Of a stretch of DNA of 64,000 nucleotides, positions 56,205 through 64,000 are shown in pieces. Every line of letters starts with the position of its first letter. Position 1 is the first letter of the stretch. The translations under genes and the position numbers were made by a program. The stretch lies in assembly GCA_963674785.1 (NCBI GenBank), contig OY771555.1:224001-288000 (forward strand), read 5' to 3'. Origin of the DNA: Caldisericia bacterium. GTDB taxonomy: Bacteria > Caldisericota > Caldisericia > JAAYUI01. The notes under the pieces are model-generated. The model saw only the letters and a list, made by a program, of their open reading frames with translations. It had not been told where the DNA came from and searched no databases.

Positions 56205-56801
56205 ATGGAAAAATGGTTAGTCGTTGGGCTCGGGAATCCCGGTCTCGGTTACAGAAACACAAGGCACAACATTGGCTGGAAAGCGGTCGATATGTTTGCT
56301 AAGTCACTTGGAGTAAGATTAAAGAAAACATCTTGCGGAGCCAAGATTATCAGGACTGTGGCTTTTGGTAAACAGCTTCTTCTTGCAAAACCACTTTCAT
56401 ATATGAATCTTTCCGGGAAACCTGTTAAATGCCTGATGTCTGCAAATGAAATCCCTCATGAAAAAATAATTATCATATGTGACGACATTGACCTTCCGGT
56501 TGGCGCAATCAGAATCAGAAAAAAAGGCAGTAGCGGTGGACAGAAAGGTATTGGTTCAATCATAAATGAAATCGGAACAAATGATTTTTTTAGGATAAAG
56601 ATCGGCATCGGAAGACCTTCTAATGGTGATGTTGTTGATTATGTTCTGAAGAATCCAACAAGAGACGACGAACAGATATTAAAAGAGATAATAAAAAAAG
56701 TTACGGATGCTATAACAACCATCATTGAATCAGGGTTTCAAACTGCTGCAAACGAATTTAATTGCACCAATCCACAAAAAGAGGATGCGAACGGCGATTG
56801 A
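56205..56801 (+). CDS. pth: Peptidyl-tRNA hydrolase
   Basis: VGLGNPG, TRHNIG, SYMNLSG, DDIDLP and RIKIGIGRP. Confidence 0.96.
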   Translation: MEKWLVVGLGNPGLGYRNTRHNIGWKAVDMFAKSLGVRLKKTSCGAKIIRTVAFGKQLLLAKPLSYMNLSGKPVKCLMSANEIPHEKIIIICDDIDLPVGAIRIRKKGSSGGQKGIGSIINEIGTNDFFRIKIGIGRPSNGDVVDYVLKNPTRDDEQILKEIIKKVTDAITTIIESGFQTAANEFNCTNPQKEDANGD

Positions 56802-57787
56802 AAAATACTCGTTTTTTTGTGTACCTGATTGTTTTGCTTCTGTTAGTAACAGTAATTGGAACAAATGTAAAAACCAGCAAAATCAATGTTGAGCCCGACG
56901 AAATAATCATTCCAGAAAAAATCGCCAACCATCAAATCATCTTGGATTTCTCAAAAAAATACTACCCGGAATTTGAGTTTATCATGAGGTATTCAAGGAA
57001 GAAATACGATTTTGAAGACTTTACAAGATTGATCAAAGAATCGATTGAATTGGCAGAAAGTATTGAGACCCCCGTCACAGAAGAGATGTCAACAAACTGG
57101 CAGAAAACCCGTGGTGAAAAATTGAGCGTTTTCGAGATGAACATGATCGCTTGTTTCTGGTCAATTGTTGTTTCTGATTTTTATGGGCTTGGATTACCAA
57201 AAGAAAGCGAATGGAAAGATTGGCAAACCGAGATTTCGATAAGAGATATTGCAAAAAATGTCCTCTCCATATGGGTTTGGGATTCATTCTCTGGCAAAAC
57301 AAACGGTGATAAATGGTACGAGATTCCACATCTGAAACCCGCAATTTTTTTCGGGTGGTCGATTCAAAATAACTCCTGTGATGTTATGAGAAAAAACATA
57401 AACCATCTAAGAATCAGATTTGGACTGGACTTCGAGATGATAGAGGATGTTGGTTTTTTTCAGGGTATCTCCATCTGTGCTTTTTGGTCAAATTATCTGC
57501 TCATGAGACTTTCAAATGCATTTGAAATCTTCCCGATTACAATCAGGGAGTTAGCCGGCTCAAACTGGTTATACAATGCGAGCACAAGAGAAGGGGATGT
57601 AAAAACGGGTCAATATTTCAGAGACATATTAACACTCTCATACGGTGAGATGGACGAAATATGGTATATGTATGGACTTGATGAAAAAGCTGTTGCTATC
57701 AGAAAAAACCCAGAAATTGAAAACCAAGGACTGTTTCGAAAAAACCAGGGGAGCAAAATGAAAGAAATACTGAAATCTCTCCCATAA
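56798..57787 (+). CDS. Hypothetical exported or membrane-anchored protein
   Basis: TTG start overlaps the pth stop; N-terminal hydrophobic helix. Confidence 0.65.
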   Translation: MKNTRFFVYLIVLLLLVTVIGTNVKTSKINVEPDEIIIPEKIANHQIILDFSKKYYPEFEFIMRYSRKKYDFEDFTRLIKESIELAESIETPVTEEMSTNWQKTRGEKLSVFEMNMIACFWSIVVSDFYGLGLPKESEWKDWQTEISIRDIAKNVLSIWVWDSFSGKTNGDKWYEIPHLKPAIFFGWSIQNNSCDVMRKNINHLRIRFGLDFEMIEDVGFFQGISICAFWSNYLLMRLSNAFEIFPITIRELAGSNWLYNASTREGDVKTGQYFRDILTLSYGEMDEIWYMYGLDEKAVAIRKNPEIENQGLFRKNQGSKMKEILKSLP

Positions 57788-57819
57788 CAAGCATTCAATT
57801 CAAATAGTTTGTTAACAAA

Positions 57820-57848
57820 TTGGAAATTCTTTTGTTTTTTTGTATAAT
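57820..57848 (+). promoter_or_regulatory. Leaderless promoter TTGGAA-17-TATAAT
   Basis: In-frame GTG lies 7 nt downstream, at 57856. Confidence 0.65.
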
Positions 57849-57855
57849 GAATTCC

Positions 57856-60800
57856 GTGAAAGATCTAAAATTGAACCCGAGGATATTCCTGACTCTTTTT
57901 TTGATAATTCTTCTTTGTGTATCGTTTTTTCCAGAAATCCCAACAAGCAACGTAGCAATCGCTGCCGATTCTTGTCCCTGGTACTGTTTCAGAGGCAACA
58001 CAAAAAGAACAGGAGTCGTAAAACTGGATTGTGGGCCACAATCAAAAGAGCTTTCATATCTCTGGGAATATAAGGCAATTGCTCAGATAAAATCTTCCGC
58101 CATCATTGTTGATTCAAAAGTATTCTTTGGGTCTGAAGATGGGAAAATGCACTGCCTTGAGCAATCAACAGGCAGACAGCTGTGGGAAACAAGAGTTGAC
58201 GAAGACATCCATAGTTCACCTGTTTACTCATCTGGAAATGTTTACTTCGGTAATGACAGCGGGAATTTCTACTGCCTTGATGGGCAGACAGGCGAGATTG
58301 AGTGGACATTTAAAACTGATGGCAGCATCCATTCTTCACCAGTGATTTATCACCAACGTATAATCTTCGGGTCATATGATAATTATGTTTACTGTCTGAA
58401 TCTTTCTGATGGCGCACTAAAATGGAAATTTGAAACTGATGGAGAAGTCTTTTCATCTGCAGCTGTATTTGAGGAAAGAGTTTATATCGGTTCAGATGAC
58501 CAGAACATGTATTGTCTTGATTTTAAATCCGGAGACATGATCTGGTATTTTGAAACCAACCAAAGAATAGAAACAACGCCTGTATACACAGGACAAGAAG
58601 TGGTATTTGGGTCTGATTCCATTTATTCTCTAAACTCTGAAACTGGAAAACTCAACTGGGAATACCCAATGGGAATGTTTGGTGTATCATCATGTGCTGT
58701 TGCAAAATCAAAGGTCGCCGTCTGTAGGTGGGATGGCATGTTCTACTGTCTCGATCTGAAGTCAGGACAACTCCTGTGGTCAAGAATAGTTGATGGGTTC
58801 GCAAATGCACCATCGATTTGTGATTCAACTATCTATATCTCGACAAATAGTGGATGGTTTGCATCAATGGATCTCCGAGATGGTGATACAATCTGGGAAA
58901 CAGACCTCGGTGAACCGATAAAAACAAGCCCTGCAATAAGCGATGGTCTCATTGTGGTCGGGGGTGCATTCGGAACAGTTTTCTGTTATGGTGATGAGCT
59001 TGTCAGAGACTGCATTTCTGTTGATGTTGAGGTTGTTGATTTTGGGACGGTTATATCAAGAACTGATGGACAAATAGAAGTAAACCTTATAAATTGTGGC
59101 ACAAACGATATTCCAGTTGAATATGAAGTGATTGGTGATTGGTTTTCAGTGAAACGTTTTCCATCGGGCGCAATCCCAAGAAGGCAGAGAAGGCACTTTT
59201 ATGTGTACATGCTCTCCCAATCAATAGGGCTTGAAAAAATCTACACTGGCAAGCTGATTCTGAAATGGGCAGGCAAATCAAAAGAAATAAACGTCAGGGT
59301 ATTTGTTGATAACACAATAATCCCAGATGGGGATTATTGTAACTGGGAATCGTATCAATCGAACAATACTGGCAATGGAGACTTAGAAATATCCTGCTCC
59401 CCAGACAGGAATTCTCTAGCAAGAAAATATAACATCGAGTTCCCAGATTTTCTCGTTTCACAACCACTGGTATCGGATAAAGACCTCATTGTCTCCAGAC
59501 ATTCTGGTGTAATAAGCTGTCTTGATGAAATCAACGGGAAAAGCAAATGGGAGTTTTCAACTGGAGAAACACTCTTTTCAACTCCGGCAGTTTCTGGAAA
59601 CAAGGTGTACTACTCTACATCAAACGGCACGATTGGGTGCCTTGACAAATCTAACGGGGAGCCTATTTGGCAAGTTGAATCAAAACAAATACCAAAAACT
59701 GCTTTAAGGGTTTGGAGAGATTATATCTTTTTCATAGATGAAGAGAACACACTGATTTCGATGTCATCAAAAGACGGGAAACTCATCGGATCATTTGTTC
59801 CGAATAGTTCAACAAATAATCCTCCAACTGTTGCCTCTGCAAAAGTTTTTTTCGGTACAGATGATGGAACTCTTTATTGTCTATCAGTTGAGGATATCAC
59901 TAACCCTGTCTGGACAAAAAAAGTAAAATCGGGGATCGAAACAGGGGTTGCATATAAAAACGGAGATTTCTGTTTCGGTACCAATAATGGTCTTGTATAC
60001 AACATCAACAGCAACACTGGAAGAACACTTTGGGTCAAGCGATTTAATTCAAGTGTCAGCGGCAACCTTGTGGTTACAGATGACTCTGTGTACTGCACAA
60101 CAAAATCAAACACTCTTTACTCAATAAATAAAGAAGAGGGTGTAGTCAAATGGAAACTGAATAGCTGGGATAGAATTTTGGCTGGCCCAGTGGTTTCGGG
60201 AAATCATGTTTTCATATCTGCAGACACAAGGTTTTATATGGTTGCAGCAGACGATGGACATATCCTCTGGTCAGATGATTTCATCCGTGAGATCAGATGG
60301 TTTTCTTCCGGCATGGGCAAAGTTTTTGCGGTGTGTCAAGACAAAAACATCTACTGTCTAGTAAGCGAACCCTACATAAAGTTTTCCCCAAAAATCCTAA
60401 ACTTTGGGTCACTACGAAAGGCACAGAGAGAAACAAAACATCTTCTTATAAAAAATACGACTGACCACAAGGTAACGGTGAAAATCTCAACTACCGATAA
60501 TTGGTTTAATCTCTCCGAAAATATCTTCTCAATAAATGATGGTGAAAACAAAAAAATCTCGGTAACAACAATCCAACACCAGGTAAATGATCCCGGAATC
60601 AAGTCTGGTTCGATAACCGCCGATTGGGGAGATGATTCAACAAATATAAATGTCTGGGCATACATCATGGATCGCGAGGCATATAAAAACTGGTCAAGTT
60701 TTGGTGCAGACAACAATAACTCACGGAATAACTCTGAATCTATGCTGAATCTTGAAAACCTTGAGCTTGATTGGGAATACAAAACCAATGCCCCCATTTT

Positions 60801-61737
60801 ATCATGCCCAATGCTTTCCAATGGAAGACTTTATTTTGGTTCAAATGATAGTGACTTGAGATGTCTTGATGCGGAAAACTCTATGTTTCTATGGTCATAT
60901 AACACTGGAAAAAGTATTGTTGCAACAGGAAGCCTTGCAGATAAATACGTGTTTTTCGGATCAGAAGATGGGTATGTATATTGTCTTGACGGCTCCACTG
61001 GTCAAATTGTTTGGAAGTTTTTCACGGGCGGAATTGTTTCATCAGTTGCAACAGACGCAAACTCAAGAAAAGCTGAGATATTCTTTGGCACATCACAAGG
61101 AAAATTCTTCTGCCTGACATACCAGTTTGATGATGAAGACTTCGAAGTAAACTGGACAAATGAATACAACAACCCAATTGAATGCGCCCCTGTAACCGAT
61201 ACTGAAGATGTTTACTTTACAACAACTGCAGGAGACATCTATTGTGTCAAAAAATCAAGTGGGAAAGAAGAATGGAGTAGCAGGGCATTTGACACAAGAT
61301 CATCACCACTCCTGATAGACAATAAATTGATAATCCAGACTCTGTTTGAGGGAGTTTACTGTTTCAGCAAATCCAAAGGTCGAGAAATGTGGAGAAATAG
61401 CTCCATTTACGGCGCAACATCATTTTGCAGCACAGGCAGCGATATTATCGGTTGCGGATCAAATGGATGGATCGCATCAATCAACCCAGAGGATGGTGAG
61501 ATGAATTGGATTCAAGATATCAAAACCCCAATCAATTCCACCCCAGTAACTGATGGCTACAGCGTTTTTGTTTCCGATATGGAAGGAAAAATCCGAGCAT
61601 TCAATATCGATACTGGAACGCTCAAATGGGATTATGATCTGGAAATGCCAATTATCTCGTCACCTGCAATCTGGAATGGAAGGCTTTATGTCGGATGTTC
61701 TGATTCAAAAATCTATTGCTTCTCCCAGGCTAAATGA
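57856..61737 (+). CDS. Secreted protein with three PQQ-like beta-propellers separated by BACON-like domains
   Basis: Three blocks opening WYCFRGN, WESYQSN and WSSFGAD, each with SSP..V.FGS.D..YCL..G...W repeats. No stalk domain. Confidence 0.85.
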   Translation: MKDLKLNPRIFLTLFLIILLCVSFFPEIPTSNVAIAADSCPWYCFRGNTKRTGVVKLDCGPQSKELSYLWEYKAIAQIKSSAIIVDSKVFFGSEDGKMHCLEQSTGRQLWETRVDEDIHSSPVYSSGNVYFGNDSGNFYCLDGQTGEIEWTFKTDGSIHSSPVIYHQRIIFGSYDNYVYCLNLSDGALKWKFETDGEVFSSAAVFEERVYIGSDDQNMYCLDFKSGDMIWYFETNQRIETTPVYTGQEVVFGSDSIYSLNSETGKLNWEYPMGMFGVSSCAVAKSKVAVCRWDGMFYCLDLKSGQLLWSRIVDGFANAPSICDSTIYISTNSGWFASMDLRDGDTIWETDLGEPIKTSPAISDGLIVVGGAFGTVFCYGDELVRDCISVDVEVVDFGTVISRTDGQIEVNLINCGTNDIPVEYEVIGDWFSVKRFPSGAIPRRQRRHFYVYMLSQSIGLEKIYTGKLILKWAGKSKEINVRVFVDNTIIPDGDYCNWESYQSNNTGNGDLEISCSPDRNSLARKYNIEFPDFLVSQPLVSDKDLIVSRHSGVISCLDEINGKSKWEFSTGETLFSTPAVSGNKVYYSTSNGTIGCLDKSNGEPIWQVESKQIPKTALRVWRDYIFFIDEENTLISMSSKDGKLIGSFVPNSSTNNPPTVASAKVFFGTDDGTLYCLSVEDITNPVWTKKVKSGIETGVAYKNGDFCFGTNNGLVYNINSNTGRTLWVKRFNSSVSGNLVVTDDSVYCTTKSNTLYSINKEEGVVKWKLNSWDRILAGPVVSGNHVFISADTRFYMVAADDGHILWSDDFIREIRWFSSGMGKVFAVCQDKNIYCLVSEPYIKFSPKILNFGSLRKAQRETKHLLIKNTTDHKVTVKISTTDNWFNLSENIFSINDGENKKISVTTIQHQVNDPGIKSGSITADWGDDSTNINVWAYIMDREAYKNWSSFGADNNNSRNNSESMLNLENLELDWEYKTNAPILSCPMLSNGRLYFGSNDSDLRCLDAENSMFLWSYNTGKSIVATGSLADKYVFFGSEDGYVYCLDGSTGQIVWKFFTGGIVSSVATDANSRKAEIFFGTSQGKFFCLTYQFDDEDFEVNWTNEYNNPIECAPVTDTEDVYFTTTAGDIYCVKKSSGKEEWSSRAFDTRSSPLLIDNKLIIQTLFEGVYCFSKSKGREMWRNSSIYGATSFCSTGSDIIGCGSNGWIASINPEDGEMNWIQDIKTPINSTPVTDGYSVFVSDMEGKIRAFNIDTGTLKWDYDLEMPIISSPAIWNGRLYVGCSDSKIYCFSQAK

Positions 61738-62486
61738 TGACAAAGAAAAACCGGATGTATGATGAGTTTGCTCATCTTTGGACTATCATCTCAAAACCTG
61801 AAGACTATGCAGAAGAAGCGAACTACTGGAAAGATGCAATTACAAAAAGACTTGGCGATAAAAGACATAAGATATTGGAGATTGGTGTTGGGGGTGGAAA
61901 TAATCTCTCACACCTCTCACCATTTTATGAGACAACCGCTGTCGATTTGTCAGAAAAGATGATGGAGAACTCCAAAAAGATCAACCCAAATACCAGACAT
62001 CTTGTTGGAGATATGAGAGACTTCAGACTTGATGAAAAATTTGATGCTGTTTTCATCCATGATGCGATCAGCTACATGACAACACTAACCGATCTCAAAA
62101 AAGCATTCATCACTGCATGGGAACACTTAAGACCTGGAGGGGTTTTTATATCTTCACCAGATTTTCACAAAGAAACATTTAAAGAAACTAGACCGATACT
62201 TTCAAGCACAAAATCAAATGGCAACTTTGAGCTCACATACTGCGAGTATTTCAATGACCCAGATCCAAATGATACAACTTTCGAATGCCATTACGCTTAT
62301 TTCATCAAGGATCTGAAGACCAAAAAAGTTGATGTTGAAATTGATCACCATACCTGTGGATTGTTTTATGAAAAAGAATGGATAACAACCCTTGAAAGTG
62401 TCGGGTTCAAGTTCGAGCTTGATGATTATCCAGTTCATGAAAATGGATATGAATCATGGTTGTTTGTAGGAATAAAACCGGAGTAA
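61734..62486 (+). CDS. Class I SAM-dependent methyltransferase
   Basis: ILEIGVGGG, VDLS, GDMRDF and HLRPGG. Confidence 0.9.
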   Translation: MMTKKNRMYDEFAHLWTIISKPEDYAEEANYWKDAITKRLGDKRHKILEIGVGGGNNLSHLSPFYETTAVDLSEKMMENSKKINPNTRHLVGDMRDFRLDEKFDAVFIHDAISYMTTLTDLKKAFITAWEHLRPGGVFISSPDFHKETFKETRPILSSTKSNGNFELTYCEYFNDPDPNDTTFECHYAYFIKDLKTKKVDVEIDHHTCGLFYEKEWITTLESVGFKFELDDYPVHENGYESWLFVGIKPE

Positions 62487-62490
62487 GAAT

Positions 62491-62871
62491 TTATGACAAT
62501 TTCTCAAGCTCCATTTCAAGGAGCTTGAGTTTTTCTCTTTCTTTTGTTAGTTCGTCTGTCAATTCGGCTGGATTACCATATTCATTTATAACAGAAATCT
62601 TATAGATACAAGCCTCAACATATCTTGCAATTGAGATCTTTTTCTCATTTACGGTCTGTCCTTCAAGCTTGAATTCAATCCACTCGTGTGGTTCAAGCAG
62701 TTTTTCGTATTCTTTTTTGAGTTTGCCAAGCTCGATCTTTATATTGCACATGTCGGTTGTATCGCCCACAAAACCTCTGTCTATTGCAAAAGTTAGGTCA
62801 GAGTACTTTTTTTCGAGCTCTTCAATTTTTTGTTTTAGGGTTCGTTTGTTTGACATATTTTGATTGATCAA
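62491..62871 (-). CDS. Hypothetical helical protein
   Basis: Coiled-coil-like ORF following the BRO gene; the start may be MSNK. Confidence 0.6.
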   Translation of the reverse strand: MINQNMSNKRTLKQKIEELEKKYSDLTFAIDRGFVGDTTDMCNIKIELGKLKKEYEKLLEPHEWIEFKLEGQTVNEKKISIARYVEACIYKISVINEYGNPAELTDELTKEREKLKLLEMELEKLS

Positions 62872-62872
62872 A

Positions 62873-63703
62873 TTATTCTATTTTCTTCTTGTCATCATTT
62901 AGATTCTTGAAGTTTTGATTAGTAGACACAGGTTTACCAATTCTTTTTTCAGCATCTTTTCTTGCGTTTCCAGCGACTGCTCCGCCTTCCTTGGCTGCTA
63001 TTTTACAATCATTAAACCCTTTTGAATCCTTGTTTCTTGTTATTTCAGTCGATACTCTTTCACCAAGCATGGAAAAGATCAACTCCAAATCATTCATATG
63101 ATCTCTGAGATTTTCCCTTTCCAATCCTTTAAATTCTTTATATTCACTTGGCGTCATACCAAATGTCTCTTTTGATATCTCTGCAGTCAAGATCGAATAC
63201 TCTCTACTTGACTTAACGCCTCTCTTGCTCCATTCATCAGTCAATTCATCCCTTATTGCTATCCCTCTTACTCTTTTTTCGATCCAATCGTCAGAATAAC
63301 CTTTTGCTTTATATATCTCTTTCATCCTCTTCTGAGCAAGTTCAGGGTCTTCAATCTCTTGGATTCTCTCATTTCCAACTTTTGCAAGCCACTGCTTGAA
63401 TGGTTCAGCTTTTTTGGAGGGGATTGATTGAATGATTCTAAAGAGAGATTTAGTGTTTGCACAATCCGTAAGCCTCAGTTTGCCATCGGAAGCAGGCAAT
63501 TTCAAACGTACACAATTTGTGTACAGTTCAACTCCAACCTTTTCTTCTCTCTTTTTTAGCATAGACCAATAATTTCTTGGATTACTACTATCAGTTAATG
63601 CCTGAATTACATCAACAACAGAGAAGAACCACTCACCCTCATGAATGATTCTTCTTATTTTTTTGCTTTTAAAAACTACAAGAGAATTTTCATCAATAGC
63701 CAT
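62873..63703 (-). CDS. BRO-N domain protein
   Basis: WFFSVVDVI..LTDS..YW..LK, LKL.ASDGK.R.TD and IQSIPS.KAEPFK.WLA. Confidence 0.88.
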   Translation of the reverse strand: MAIDENSLVVFKSKKIRRIIHEGEWFFSVVDVIQALTDSSNPRNYWSMLKKREEKVGVELYTNCVRLKLPASDGKLRLTDCANTKSLFRIIQSIPSKKAEPFKQWLAKVGNERIQEIEDPELAQKRMKEIYKAKGYSDDWIEKRVRGIAIRDELTDEWSKRGVKSSREYSILTAEISKETFGMTPSEYKEFKGLERENLRDHMNDLELIFSMLGERVSTEITRNKDSKGFNDCKIAAKEGGAVAGNARKDAEKRIGKPVSTNQNFKNLNDDKKKIE

Positions 63704-63723
63704 CTACTTCTCCAAATAAAACC

Positions 63724-63999
63724 CTACTCAACAACCACCTTCATCTCAAACTCTTCCATCACATCAGCATCATCGCCAACATGGGTTTGTTTTGTGTAGA
63801 CTTTTGTCTCACCCGGGGATTTTGCAAGGATCTCATAAACACGATGTCCACCAACACCCATCATCATCTCGGGGTTTTCATCGGTGACATATTCATCCCA
63901 ATCAAGTGCCACAACTGAATCATCCTCGATAACAAGCTCTGTCCAATGATATGGTGTGGTCTGGTTTGCAGGAAGAACTATGAGCATTCTGAATTTCTC
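63724..63999 (-). CDS. Chagasin/I42 protease-inhibitor-like domain, 5'-partial
   Basis: LPANQTTPYHW and MMGVGG motifs; frame is open to the window end. Confidence 0.7.
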   Translation of the reverse strand, partial: EKFRMLIVLPANQTTPYHWTELVIEDDSVVALDWDEYVTDENPEMMMGVGGHRVYEILAKSPGETKVYTKQTHVGDDADVMEEFEMKVVVE

Positions 64000-64000
64000 A

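Noticed and set aside
62873-63703. Prophage
   Set aside because: No integrase, structural or replication genes lie near the BRO gene.

Overview
64-kb window of an AT-rich anaerobic bacterial chromosome. The density of copper-amine-oxidase N-terminal ('stalk') domain and PQQ-propeller surface proteins suggests Caldisericia, which is an inference. Housekeeping genes (priA, def, guaA, ispF, accB, mrp, hypFCD, rdgB, fsa/tal, pth) are interleaved with a large set of modular, Cys-rich secreted proteins and a PAS/GAF two-component triad. Main highlights: (1) a promoter-bearing tRNA gene with a Thr-type body but an aberrant CCCUUUA anticodon loop; (2) a ~2.8-kb islet at the guaA 3' end, bounded by a 12-bp direct repeat and carrying a fused ABC-ATPase/TOPRIM (PARIS-like) gene; (3) eight stalk-domain surface protein genes, two cut off from the stalk by an in-frame amber codon or a CCC-CGG frameshift; (4) a 1164-aa protein with eight Cys-patterned Ig-like repeats; (5) a PriA with decayed helicase motifs; (6) recurrent leaderless promoters; (7) an AraC-GyrI gene with an internal ribosome-binding site. 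No CRISPR array, rRNA, integrase, transposase or reverse transcriptase was seen. All calls come from motif reading by eye, with no database searches.
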